In this document: piece after piece, positions 7,874-17,203 of the stretch
How the letters are laid out: the number at the start of each line of letters is the position of its first letter
Numbering within the stretch: the first letter of the stretch is position 1
Assembly: GCA_005888595.1 (NCBI GenBank)
Contig: VBAL01000114.1
Coordinates: forward strand, 573-64,572
Direction: 5' to 3'
DNA from: Candidatus Segetimicrobium genomatis
GTDB taxonomy: Bacteria > Sysuimicrobiota > Sysuimicrobiia > Sysuimicrobiales > Kaftiobacteriaceae
Length of the DNA: 64,000 bases
Made by a program: the position numbers and the translations under genes
Notes under the pieces: generated by a model
Databases searched by the model: none
Seen by the model: only the letters and a program-made list of their open reading frames with translations
Told to the model about the DNA's origin: nothing

Positions 7874-9027
7874 GGGTCGATGACGACCTTCATCGAGTCG
7901 GGCGCGATGGACTTCCGGACGGCGGCGTCCACGTCGCCGAGGCGGTAGCGGTGCGACACGAACTCGCGTACCGGGTAGTGCTGCATGTACCGCACCAGCT
8001 GGCGCATGCTCGGTCCATACGCGGCGGCCTCTTCGCCGCCGACGCCGATGATCCGCACGCTCTTCGAGCACAAATGCCGGTGCGGGTTGATCTGCACCGG
8101 GCCCAGGTCAGAGAAGTTGCCGGCCTCGACCAGCATGCCGCCCAGGCGGAGCATTTCGATCGCTTCGGGAATGACCTGCGGCACGCCCGCGCATTCGACG
8201 ACCACATCCGCGCCGCGGCCGTGGGTCAGGTCGCGGATCGCCTGGAGGCGCTCCGCCGGCGCGGTCGTCGAGGCGTCGATGGCGGCGTCGGCGCCGAGCC
8301 GCTGCGCCATGGCGAGCCGGTACGCGGAGAGATCGACCGCCACGATCGTGCCGGCGCCGAGCATGCGGGCTTTCATCAGGAAGCACATGCCCAGTGATCC
8401 GACGCCAAGCACCACGACGGTGTCGTCGAACCGGAACGCCTCGTTGGGAACGGCGGAAAACTGTTTCGCCCGATCCAATCCCACCGCGACGGCCATGACC
8501 TCCGTCAGGACGGCCACTTCGTCCGGGAGGTCGTCGGGCACGCGCACCAGGAAGCTGCCGGGCACCACGTACAGGTATTCCGACCAGCCGCCGAAGAGGT
8601 GCGGCGGCGCGGCCGCAGTCATGTTGTTCCCGTAATCCACCATGCGTTCGCAAAAGTAGTAGGGAAAGTCGTGCCGGCAGTAATAACACTCGCCGCAGAT
8701 GACGTTGGCTCCCACGACCACCCGGTCACCCACGCGCAGCGGGACGCCCTCGAAATCGGTATACGCCCGCTCGCCCCCGATGGCGGCGACCGTCCCCACG
8801 TTCTCGTGCCCCTGAATGATCGGGAAGGGAATCTCCTTGGGCGCACCCGTCCCGGCGTATTGGGTGGTGTACCCCTGATAGGTGTGCTTGTCGGTTCCGC
8901 AGATTCCGGAGAGACGCATCCGGACCAGGGCGCACCCCGGCGCCGGATCCGGCAGCGGGTACTCGCGGATCTCATACCGCCCGGGTGCGACCAGCGTCGC
9001 CGCCCGCGCGTGTGCTGCCCCCATCAT
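7864..9027 (-). CDS. zinc-dependent alcohol/polyol dehydrogenase (MDR family, sorbitol/threonine-dehydrogenase-like)
   Basis: Catalytic Zn ligands (CGTDKH, GHE), structural Zn Cys cluster CGECYYC...C, NAD Rossmann GVGSLG. Confidence 0.85.
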   Translation of the reverse strand: MMGAAHARAATLVAPGRYEIREYPLPDPAPGCALVRMRLSGICGTDKHTYQGYTTQYAGTGAPKEIPFPIIQGHENVGTVAAIGGERAYTDFEGVPLRVGDRVVVGANVICGECYYCRHDFPYYFCERMVDYGNNMTAAAPPHLFGGWSEYLYVVPGSFLVRVPDDLPDEVAVLTEVMAVAVGLDRAKQFSAVPNEAFRFDDTVVVLGVGSLGMCFLMKARMLGAGTIVAVDLSAYRLAMAQRLGADAAIDASTTAPAERLQAIRDLTHGRGADVVVECAGVPQVIPEAIEMLRLGGMLVEAGNFSDLGPVQINPHRHLCSKSVRIIGVGGEEAAAYGPSMRQLVRYMQHYPVREFVSHRYRLGDVDAAVRKSIAPDSMKVVIDPWA

Positions 9028-9069
9028 GCGCTCCTCCCGCGTCCCGAACGTGCCGCCATTCGTCGAGCG

Positions 9070-10182
9070 CTACCCGAAGATCCAGTCCTGCAGTTCGACG
9101 CCCATCCCCGGCGCCTGCGGGAGCCGCACCATCCCGTCCGCGATGGCCAGCGGCTCCCGCAGCGTCTGCTGATACGTCGACGATGGAAACGCCGGCGGGT
9201 CATGCGGGAACTCGAAGAACGTCGTGTTCGAGATCGAGGCGGCGAGGTGGAGATTCGCCACCATCCCCAATGGATCGCCCCAGGTGTGCGGTGTGAGCAG
9301 GACTCCTGCGGCGTGGGCCATCGTGGCCAGCGCTTTCGTGCGCAGCAATCCCTCACACAGCGTCACGTCCGGCTGCAGAATATCGTAGCAACCGTCGAGC
9401 AGCAGCCGCTGCAGCTCGTCGAACCGCTGGTTGACCTCCCCGCCGGCGATGGCCACCGGCGAGGCCGCATGGAGCCGCTGGAGTTCCGCGTAGGCGTGGC
9501 GCGGCAGCGGCTCTTCCAGCCAGCCGACGCCGTAATCAGCCAGCGCCCGTGCGGTCCCCAGCGCCCGGTGATAGGTCCAGTGCGGCCCCGGAAGGGGCGC
9601 GTCGGCGGTGTCGGTCTGATTGGCGTCCACCATGATCGCCATCTGGTCGCCCACCGCCTTGCGCACGGCTGCCACCTGCGCAACGTCTTCGGCCAGGGTC
9701 TCGTTGTGAATGCGGAGCTTGATGGCGCGGAAGCCCTGGTCGCGCAGCCGCCGGGCGTCGTCGGCCCGCTGGGCCGGGGTGCGATTCTGCCCTGTGGACG
9801 CATAGACCGGCACCGCATCGCTGACGTTCCCCAGCAGCTTATACACCGGCAGCCCGGCGATCTTCCCCAGGATATCCCACAGCGCCAGTTCCACGAACCA
9901 GACCGCAGTGCCGAAATAGGGCCAGAGGTACCGCAGCGTGCCGGTGTGCTTTTCGATTCGCAGCGGATCTTCACCGGTCAGGTACGTCGCGATGCGTGCC
10001 ACGGCCTGCTCTTCGGCACCATAGAACTCGTGGCCGGCGATGCCGTAGACACCGGCGTCGGTGTCAATCCGAACGTAAGCCACCCGGATCTGCGTCTCCA
10101 CCCGTCCCGGCGCCCACGCGGGATAGAAGGGGGCCGGCAGCGGGATGTCGACCTGGCGGGTCCGGATGCGTGTGATCTGCAT
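9070..10182 (-). CDS. enolase-superfamily enzyme (mandelate racemase / muconate lactonizing enzyme family; probable sugar-acid dehydratase)
   Basis: 370 aa. MR/MLE N-terminal capping domain and barrel with metal-ligand pattern (KLRIH, VDANQ, EEP). Operon context with sugar transporters. Confidence 0.75.
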   Translation of the reverse strand: MQITRIRTRQVDIPLPAPFYPAWAPGRVETQIRVAYVRIDTDAGVYGIAGHEFYGAEEQAVARIATYLTGEDPLRIEKHTGTLRYLWPYFGTAVWFVELALWDILGKIAGLPVYKLLGNVSDAVPVYASTGQNRTPAQRADDARRLRDQGFRAIKLRIHNETLAEDVAQVAAVRKAVGDQMAIMVDANQTDTADAPLPGPHWTYHRALGTARALADYGVGWLEEPLPRHAYAELQRLHAASPVAIAGGEVNQRFDELQRLLLDGCYDILQPDVTLCEGLLRTKALATMAHAAGVLLTPHTWGDPLGMVANLHLAASISNTTFFEFPHDPPAFPSSTYQQTLREPLAIADGMVRLPQAPGMGVELQDWIFG

Positions 10183-10233
10183 GCACGTCTCCGAGAGGGA
10201 GCCGGGAGGTGGCGCCGCCTCCCGGCCGCGACC

Positions 10234-11511
10234 TCATTTCATATAGCCGATGTCCGTCAACGCGGTCACCGCCGATGCGATGGCGTCCTTGTCCGACGCA
10301 CCCTGCACGGCCTTGGCAAACATGTTGGGGATCACATAGGTCTGATACGCTTTCTCGGCCAGGGCGCTGGGCGGCGCGGGATAGGCCACCAGGTGCGCGT
10401 TCCGCATGAACCCCACCAGCAGCCGCAGGTTCGGATCCGGGGCGTAGGGCGGGTTCTGGTCGAAGTGGGGCAGCACCGGCATGTCGTAGCCGCTGCCCAG
10501 CGTCAGCGCGGTCTTCTGACTGGCCTCGGTGAACATGGATCGCAGGAACTGTTTGGCCAGATCGATGTTGGGGCTGAACTTGAACACGCCCCAGCCGTGG
10601 ATGTCGGCGTAGAAGAAGCGGCCCTTCGGTCCCGACGGCGCCAGGGTGTGCCGCACCGACGGGGCGAACGGCATCTTCTCCCGGTGGGCCCGCAGGTAGA
10701 TGCTGGGCGCGTTGATGGTGTACGACCCGCGGCCGGACAGCATGTGCTTGTTGTTGCCGGAATCGTCCCAGGACAGCACGGTGGCGTCCATCTGGGAGAA
10801 GAGCTTGCGGACGTAGCTCAGCGCGGCGCGCGTCTGGGGCGAGTCCAGCGTGAGCTTGGCCTTCGCGTCGGCCACGGAGGCGCCGAACGACCACAGCAAG
10901 GGAAAGAGAATGGAGTTGGCATCTTCACACTGGCTGATCGGCAGCCCCACCGGGTGCCCCGCCTTCTTGAGTTTCCCGGCGGCGCGCAGCAAGTCGTCCC
11001 AGGTGGCCGGCGGCTGTTCGCCCACCTGGCCGAAGTAGTCGGCGCGGTACACGCCCAGCGTCCCGTTGCCGATCCAGGGCAACGCCAGCCAGTGGCCGTC
11101 CACGTACCCGGAGTCCTTCGCCACCTGATAGAAATTCCCGAACTGCTTGGAGATGTCGGCGACCACGTCGTCCAACGGGACGAGGTAGTCCTTGTGAATC
11201 GTGGGCAGGTTGTCTTGCAAGTCGATGATGTCGTGTCCTGATCGAGCCTGCTCTTCGGCGGTGAGCTTCGCCGCGACCTCGGGCTGGTCGATAAAATCTC
11301 CGGCAAACGCGGCGCTGTGCTGCGCGGCGAAGTCATTCCCGATCTTGGCGATGGCCTTGTCGCTGTCTTCGTTGAACGCGGAATGTCCCAGCAGCCGGAG
11401 CGTGGTCGACGGTCCCGCCGCGACCCGGTGAGGCCAGCGCAGCGTCCCGGCGGCCACCGCCAGTCCGGCCCCCCCTGCGGCCTTGAGAAACCCCCTGCGG
11501 GTAATCTTCAT
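10234..11511 (-). CDS. carbohydrate ABC transporter substrate-binding protein (CUT1, family 1) with TAT signal
   Basis: ATG 11511 preceded by GGAGGGGTGGGA RBS. MKITRRGFLKAAGGAGLAVAAG twin-arginine signal. Extracellular solute-binding family-1 fold. Confidence 0.8.
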   Translation of the reverse strand: MKITRRGFLKAAGGAGLAVAAGTLRWPHRVAAGPSTTLRLLGHSAFNEDSDKAIAKIGNDFAAQHSAAFAGDFIDQPEVAAKLTAEEQARSGHDIIDLQDNLPTIHKDYLVPLDDVVADISKQFGNFYQVAKDSGYVDGHWLALPWIGNGTLGVYRADYFGQVGEQPPATWDDLLRAAGKLKKAGHPVGLPISQCEDANSILFPLLWSFGASVADAKAKLTLDSPQTRAALSYVRKLFSQMDATVLSWDDSGNNKHMLSGRGSYTINAPSIYLRAHREKMPFAPSVRHTLAPSGPKGRFFYADIHGWGVFKFSPNIDLAKQFLRSMFTEASQKTALTLGSGYDMPVLPHFDQNPPYAPDPNLRLLVGFMRNAHLVAYPAPPSALAEKAYQTYVIPNMFAKAVQGASDKDAIASAVTALTDIGYMK

Positions 11512-11585
11512 TCCCACCCCTCCATCGTCAGTCTGATGTGCGTTCCGGTCCCGCCCGCGCACGGCGCTTCGCGCCGCTCACCTCC

Positions 11586-12428
11586 TCATCCTCTGACGGC
11601 GCCGGCGGTGAGGCCGGCCACGTAGTGATCCAAGAAGAGCGAGAACAGCACGACCACGGGCAGCGAAGCCACCAGCGCGCCGCCCATCAACGATCCCCAG
11701 TAGAAGAAGTCCCCGCGGATCAGATCGACGACGACGCCGGTGGTCACGGTCTTGAGGTCGGTGGTGGAGATGAACGTCAGCGAGTAGATGAACTCGCTGT
11801 AGGCCAGCGTGAACCCGAAGAGCGCGGCGGTGATGATCCCCGGCCGCGCCAGGGGCAGCACCACGTGCCGCAATGCCCCCGCGCGGGTGCACCCGTCGAC
11901 GAGCGCGCTCTCCTCCACGTCCCGCGGGATCGTGGTGAAGTACGCGGTGAGCATCCAGGTGGCGAACGGCACCATGAACGCCGGATAGGTGACGATCAGG
12001 GACCACAGCGTGTTGGACAGGTGGAATAGGGCCATCAAACGCGCCAGCGGCAGGAAGAGCAGCGTGGTCGGCACCAGGTACACGATGAAGACGAAGGTCG
12101 TCGTGGCCTCGGCCAGCGGGAACCGCAGGCGCGCCAGGGCGTACGCCGCCAGCACGGCCAGCACCACGGAGACGACCGTTGTGGTCGCCGCGACCACGGT
12201 TGAATTGCGCAGCCACAGCGGGAAGGCCGTGTGCGTGAACAGGAAGTGGTAATGCTCCCAGGTGATGCCGGCGCGGACCAGGAAGGGATTCTGCGCCAGA
12301 TCGTAGAGTTCGACGTCTTGCTTCAGCGACGCCACAAGCATCCAGATGAACGGGAAGACGGCGAAGATCACAAACGGCGCCGCCGTGAGGTAGGCGATCG
12401 CGACCCGCCGCCGCGATGACCTCACCAT
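11586..12428 (-). CDS. carbohydrate ABC transporter permease (MalG-like)
   Basis: 6 TM helices. EAA loop DGCTRAGALRHVVLPLARPG. 7-nt overlap with upstream permease. Confidence 0.85.
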   Translation of the reverse strand: MVRSSRRRVAIAYLTAAPFVIFAVFPFIWMLVASLKQDVELYDLAQNPFLVRAGITWEHYHFLFTHTAFPLWLRNSTVVAATTTVVSVVLAVLAAYALARLRFPLAEATTTFVFIVYLVPTTLLFLPLARLMALFHLSNTLWSLIVTYPAFMVPFATWMLTAYFTTIPRDVEESALVDGCTRAGALRHVVLPLARPGIITAALFGFTLAYSEFIYSLTFISTTDLKTVTTGVVVDLIRGDFFYWGSLMGGALVASLPVVVLFSLFLDHYVAGLTAGAVRG

Positions 12429-13345
12429 TGCCAGACTCTCCGCATCAACCGCACCTGCACGTACGTCGAGATGGCCAGGATCGGAAAGAGGTAGAGTGAG
12501 ATGGCCGCCGCATTGCCCAGGTCGCCGGTCGCCAGCCCCAGCTTGAACGCCAGTGTGGCCAGGATCTGAGTGGTATTCTGCGGGCCACCCTTCGTCAGGA
12601 CGAAGACCGTGGCGAAGTCACTGCTGGTCATCACGACCGAGAACAGCAGCACGGTGGCCAGCACCGGCCGCAGCAGGGGCAGCGTAATGTGCCGGAAACG
12701 GACGATGGGTCCGGCCCCGTCCACAGTGCCCGCCTCGTACAGCTCCTGCGGAATGGTGACCAGGCCGGCCAGGAAGTTGATCCCGAAAAACGGCAGGCCC
12801 GACCACACGTTCACGAGCACCACGGCGAGGCGGGCCAGGCGCGGGGTTCCCAGCCAGGCAATGGGTTCCGCGATCGCTCCCAGGTGCATCAACACCCAGT
12901 TGATGACGCTGTAGGTGGAGTCGAACATCCAGGTCCAGGCCAGCATGGCCAGCGACGTGGGCACGACCCACGGGATCAGCACCGCGCCGCGAATCCACCG
13001 CATCCCCGGCGCCCGCTGCGCCAGCACCAGCGCCAGGACCAGCCCCAGCACCAGTTTGGCGGCAACCGCGCCGAGCGTGTACCAGATGGTGTTGGACAGC
13101 GTCAGCGTGAAGATCGCCGTGCGGAGGAGGCGGACGAAATTCTGCAGGCCCACGAAGTGCGCCGGCCCGCTGACCTGCGCGTCCGTCATGCTGAGGAAGA
13201 AGGCGTAGCCCAGCGGGTACACTGCCAGCACCAGCAGCAGCAACAGCGTGGGCAGCAGGAAACTCCACGCCGTCACGGTCTCCGGGCGGAGACGGACGCC
13301 GTACGCGGTGGTCCTCTGGTGCAGAATCTCTTCCCTGGAGCTCAT
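12422..13345 (-). CDS. carbohydrate ABC transporter permease (MalF-like)
   Basis: 6 TM helices. EAA loop EAGTVDGAGPIVRFRHITLPLLRP. Confidence 0.85.
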   Translation of the reverse strand: MSSREEILHQRTTAYGVRLRPETVTAWSFLLPTLLLLLVLAVYPLGYAFFLSMTDAQVSGPAHFVGLQNFVRLLRTAIFTLTLSNTIWYTLGAVAAKLVLGLVLALVLAQRAPGMRWIRGAVLIPWVVPTSLAMLAWTWMFDSTYSVINWVLMHLGAIAEPIAWLGTPRLARLAVVLVNVWSGLPFFGINFLAGLVTIPQELYEAGTVDGAGPIVRFRHITLPLLRPVLATVLLFSVVMTSSDFATVFVLTKGGPQNTTQILATLAFKLGLATGDLGNAAAISLYLFPILAISTYVQVRLMRRVWQW

Positions 13346-13362
13346 TCGCTCCTTCTTCGGTC

Positions 13363-14208
13363 TTATGACGCCGCGGGCGTGCGCGAGGTCGGGGCCAGCC
13401 CCAGGGCCTGAGCCTGCTCCCGGACGATGGCGACCACACGCTCAACTTCGGCACCCAGCGTCTTTCGGCCGAGGTCCGCCGAGGCCTCACGGGGGTCGGC
13501 CTCGGGGCGAACCGTGAAATCCGGCGTGGGACGGCCGTCGAACGCCTTACCGTCGACGATCCCAAACTCCTGGTAGCGGAGCGGCACACCTTTCGGCGGC
13601 AGCGCGGCGAGGTCGACGAGGTCGGGCCTGGTCGCAAGGATGATCGAGGTCTCGATCTTCTCGGCGTGGCCGGGATCGGAGAAGGGCGGGGACGCCGGCA
13701 GAAAGGCCATCGCGAACACGACGCGTACGCGTGGCGGATCGGATTCTTCCGCGGCCAGACGCTGCAGCGTGCGCTGGTGATTGACCGCACCGTGCCCGTT
13801 GACGAGCACAACGAGGCGGTACCCGTCCAACTTCAACAGCCGGATGAGCTCGCGGACGGTGACGGCGAACGTGCCTTCCTCAAAGTATAGGCTCTTCACG
13901 GGATTGTCGGGGAAGTCCATCCCGATGATGCGTTCCGTTCCTTGGAATCCCAAGACGGCCGCGCTCTGCGGTCCGCGGTCCACCGGTCGCACGGTCTCCG
14001 AGCCGATGTAGTAGGTGGGCAGGACGACGCCGCCCACCTGCTGCGCCGCATCGACGGCGACCATATGCGCATGCAGGCCGTCCATCCCCATGGGAAGATG
14101 GGGGCCGTGCCACTCGATCGGGCCGATCGGGATGAAGACCAGCGGGAGGCGCGAGCGCTCGCGCACGATCTCCGGCGGCCGCATCAGCTCGTACTGGACG
14201 GTGCGCAT
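13363..14208 (-). CDS. creatininase-family amidohydrolase (creatinine amidohydrolase / MftE-like)
   Basis: Characteristic creatininase motifs LPLVFIPIGPIEWHGPHLPMGMD and VNGHG...; 281 aa. GGGAGGGAAC RBS. Stop of upstream ATPase directly abuts the start. Confidence 0.75.
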   Translation of the reverse strand: MRTVQYELMRPPEIVRERSRLPLVFIPIGPIEWHGPHLPMGMDGLHAHMVAVDAAQQVGGVVLPTYYIGSETVRPVDRGPQSAAVLGFQGTERIIGMDFPDNPVKSLYFEEGTFAVTVRELIRLLKLDGYRLVVLVNGHGAVNHQRTLQRLAAEESDPPRVRVVFAMAFLPASPPFSDPGHAEKIETSIILATRPDLVDLAALPPKGVPLRYQEFGIVDGKAFDGRPTPDFTVRPEADPREASADLGRKTLGAEVERVVAIVREQAQALGLAPTSRTPAAS

Positions 14209-14982
14209 CTAGTTCCCTCCCGCTCGGTCTGCAGGCTCAGTGTCTCCCTTGACGATCAGCGATTCGATGACACTCGGATCGGCGGTGCCTTTCAAGAACT
14301 CTCCGACCTTCCGGCCGTGGTACAACACCACGATGACGTCGGCGACGGGGTACACATGGGACAGGTTGTGCGTGATGAAGATGGTGGAGAGCCCCCGCGC
14401 GGTGACATCGCGGATATAGTCCAGGACCTTGCGGGCCTCCTTGATGGAGAGCTGGGATGTGGGTTCGTCGAGGATCATCACCTTGGCGCCGAAGTACATC
14501 GCTCGCGCGATCGAGATGGCCTGCCGTTCCCCTCCAGACAAGAGACGGATTTCTTTTTCGGCCGTGGTCAGGCTGGTAATGCCGATCTCCCGCAGGTAGC
14601 TCTCGGCCGTCCGGTGCATCTTTGCGGTGTCGAGCACCGACACCGGGCCGACGCGCCGCGCGGGCTCGGCTCCCAGGAAAAAATTTCTGGCGATGCTCAT
14701 ACTCTCCACTAATGCCAGGTCCTGGTAGACGGTCTCAATCCCCAGCCTGCGGGCCTGAGTCGGCGAACCCAGGTGGACCCGGCGGTGTTCAAACCAGATT
14801 TCGCCGCTGTCAGGCTGATGCACGCCGGCGAGGATTTTGATGAGCGTCGACTTTCCCGCTCCGTTGTCCCCCACCAGCGCCAGCGTTTGACCACGCGGGA
14901 GGGCGATGCTGACGTGGTGGAGCGCCTGCAAACGACCGAAGCGTTTCGAAATATCGCGCGCCTCGAGCAGCGGGGTTGCCAT
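14209..14982 (-). CDS. sugar ABC transporter ATP-binding protein, single NBD (CUT2, FrcA-like)
   Basis: ATG 14982-14980 (MATPLLEARDISKRFG), ATGA overlap with permease stop. Walker A GDNGAGKST, signature LSGGERQAISIARAM, Walker B ILDEPTS. ~257 aa, no second NBD. Confidence 0.85.
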   Translation of the reverse strand: MATPLLEARDISKRFGRLQALHHVSIALPRGQTLALVGDNGAGKSTLIKILAGVHQPDSGEIWFEHRRVHLGSPTQARRLGIETVYQDLALVESMSIARNFFLGAEPARRVGPVSVLDTAKMHRTAESYLREIGITSLTTAEKEIRLLSGGERQAISIARAMYFGAKVMILDEPTSQLSIKEARKVLDYIRDVTARGLSTIFITHNLSHVYPVADVIVVLYHGRKVGEFLKGTADPSVIESLIVKGDTEPADRAGGN

Positions 14983-15935
14983 CAGCTTCTCCAGGTGAAG
15001 ATCAGCCGGTCCAGCTGTGTGTTGATGACGACGATGACGATGATCACGCACCCGACGAAGGCCGTGTACCAAAACGAGGGCGCCCCGGCGGCGACGAGTC
15101 CGACCTCGATGGAGGCGAGGGCGATGGTCCCCAAGATCATCCCCAAGACCGTTCCTATCCCTCCGAACAGAGAGACGCCGCCGACGACGGCAGACGCGAT
15201 GGCCTCAAGTTCCAACCCGCTGCGCACGGGCGAGATCGACATCATGCGGCCGAGCTGGAGCGCGCCGGCCAGGCCCGCCAGGAGGCCACAGATGGTGAAG
15301 TTGATCAACTTCACTCTATCGACCGGCACCCCGATGGCCCGCGCCGCCTCGGTCTTTCCGCCGGTTCCGTAGACCCAGTTGCCGTAGCGCGTTTTCTCCA
15401 GCATGATCCAGAAGATCACGGCGGCAACAGCCCACCAGGCCGCCGACACATGCAGTGAACTCGCCGGGCTCGGCGTGCTGTTTCCCAAGACGTTGAGCAC
15501 CGGCAAGGGAGCGATGAAGCTGATGGGCCAGCCCCCGGTGACCCACAGGGCCATCCCGTTCCAAAAGAACAGCGTCCCCAGCGTGGTGATGAATGATGGG
15601 ATCCGGGTCCGCACTGTGATGAGGCCGTTGAGTAATCCGATCAGGCCGGCCATGCCCAGCACCGTGATGACCGAGAGCGCCGCCGGCACCGCCGCCTTCA
15701 AGAGCATGCCGAGCACAATCGCCGAGAACGTAAAATTCGAGCCCACCGATAGGTCGAACTCCCCCGAGACCATCAGGACGCCTTCCCCGATGGTGATCGT
15801 GCCAATCTCTGCCGCGATGGTCAGGATTCCCCCGAACGTCGCCCAGGTGAGGAACGCGCGGTTCAGATAGGTGAACACACTGTACGTGACCGCGATGGCA
15901 ATCACGGCCCCGAGTTCCCGCCGCCGATGGAACAT
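14982..15935 (-). CDS. sugar ABC transporter permease (CUT2, RbsC/FrcC-like)
   Basis: ATG 15935-15933 (MFHRRRELGAVIAIAV). ~9 TM helices. Branched-chain/ribose permease fold. ORF track start 16022 is an N-extension. Confidence 0.8.
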   Translation of the reverse strand: MFHRRRELGAVIAIAVTYSVFTYLNRAFLTWATFGGILTIAAEIGTITIGEGVLMVSGEFDLSVGSNFTFSAIVLGMLLKAAVPAALSVITVLGMAGLIGLLNGLITVRTRIPSFITTLGTLFFWNGMALWVTGGWPISFIAPLPVLNVLGNSTPSPASSLHVSAAWWAVAAVIFWIMLEKTRYGNWVYGTGGKTEAARAIGVPVDRVKLINFTICGLLAGLAGALQLGRMMSISPVRSGLELEAIASAVVGGVSLFGGIGTVLGMILGTIALASIEVGLVAAGAPSFWYTAFVGCVIIVIVVINTQLDRLIFTWRS

Positions 15936-16051
15936 GACTCGTCCGAGCAGTGGGGTGAGAGCGGATGGGAAGGAGCCCGCCAGAGGCGAACTCCTCCCCA
16001 CCCGTGGCGAGTCAGCCTTCATCGGTGCGACGGCGCACGACAGCCCATTGC

Positions 16052-17062
16052 CTATCGGAACCCCTGCTTGGCGAGCTTCGTGATGAAATCGACGTTCTTC
16101 GCGTCGACCGTCCCCCCGGCGCCGATGTGGTCGTTGGGATCGAGGGCGTAGTTGTTGTAGAGATAGAGCAGGGCGATGGGGAGGAAGCCGAAACCAAGCT
16201 GCTGGAGGTCGATGGCCGAGACCACGCGTCCTCGCTTGATCGCATCGAGGGTGACGTCGTCGATATCGGACCCCACCACCCGGATCTTGTCGTTGGATGC
16301 CTTCATCTCGTCGAGGAGTTTGACCGCCGCGTGGGTCCCCAGCGCGCCGAGGGTGAAGATCGCTTTGGTGTTGGGATTCTTCTGCAGATAGGCGCGCATG
16401 ATCTCGACCGCCTTAGTGGTCTCCTCGCCAATGACGAGTTTGTCCACCTTGGGGTCCAGAGACGTGATCCCCTCGATGTAGCCCGAGGTCTTGATCTCCA
16501 GGACGCGGTTTCCCGGCTCATGGTTGACGACTACAACGTTCGCGCCCTTCTCCAGGAGCGGGACCAGCTTCGCGGATGCCCGCGCCGCGGCGATCCGCAC
16601 GTCGACGCCCACGAACGCGATCGGGGTGCCGTTCGCGAACGTGGCCGCGAAGTCCTTAGGCGGAGGTGTATCCGAGAAGATCGTGGGGATGCCGGCCTGG
16701 GCGGCACGCTGTAAGGGCCCTCGAATCACTGCGGGGTCGGCGCTTGTCGTGACGATCCCCGCGGCTTTTGCGCTGATGGCCGCGTTGACCATGTCCGCCT
16801 GCTTTGGCGGACTGTACCCCGAGGGTCCTTCGAAGACCGCCTTGACGCCCAAGGCCTTGCCTGCCGCCTGGACCCCGCGCTGGACGACGGCCCAGTAGGG
16901 ATCGCCGGGTCCGACGTGCGCCACCCAGTAATAGGTCCCGGATGAAGCGGACTGCGCGAAGGCCTTGGCGATGTGCCGCGTGCCGGTGGACAGCACGCTG
17001 GCCGCCACCGTGGCCCCGACCGTTGCCTTCAGAAGATCACGACGACTGAGCTTCTCGTGCAT
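16052..17062 (-). CDS. periplasmic sugar-binding protein (RbsB/MocB-like, CUT2) with TAT signal
   Basis: MHEKLSRRDLLKATVGATVAASVL twin-arginine signal. Peripla_BP_4-like alternating beta-alpha pattern. Adjacent CUT2 permease and ATPase. Confidence 0.8.
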   Translation of the reverse strand: MHEKLSRRDLLKATVGATVAASVLSTGTRHIAKAFAQSASSGTYYWVAHVGPGDPYWAVVQRGVQAAGKALGVKAVFEGPSGYSPPKQADMVNAAISAKAAGIVTTSADPAVIRGPLQRAAQAGIPTIFSDTPPPKDFAATFANGTPIAFVGVDVRIAAARASAKLVPLLEKGANVVVVNHEPGNRVLEIKTSGYIEGITSLDPKVDKLVIGEETTKAVEIMRAYLQKNPNTKAIFTLGALGTHAAVKLLDEMKASNDKIRVVGSDIDDVTLDAIKRGRVVSAIDLQQLGFGFLPIALLYLYNNYALDPNDHIGAGGTVDAKNVDFITKLAKQGFR

Positions 17063-17203
17063 GCTCGTTGCCCCCCTTCGACGGCGATGATGAAACCGTT
17101 CTGGTCTCGCGAATCCTGGAGTCTCCCACCTCCCCGCGCGGCGCCTGGCTTCGTCTATTATAAGGAAACGCCCGAGTGACCCAGGCCGGAGCCGAGCCTT
17201 TCG

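Noticed and set aside
8599-11241. 880-aa plus-strand ORF (Arg/Gly/Pro/His-rich) spanning the enolase and SBP genes on the opposite strand
   Set aside because: It is antisense to two well-supported genes. Its composition is typical of spurious open frames in high-GC DNA (few stops in GC-rich antisense frames). Many similar antisense ORFs in the track (e.g. 2802..3500, 4490..5176, 7124..7948, 17366..18523, 20064..20744, 21165..22106, 27237..28238, 40617..41717, 48388..49251, 50387..51559, 62200..63078) were rejected on the same grounds.
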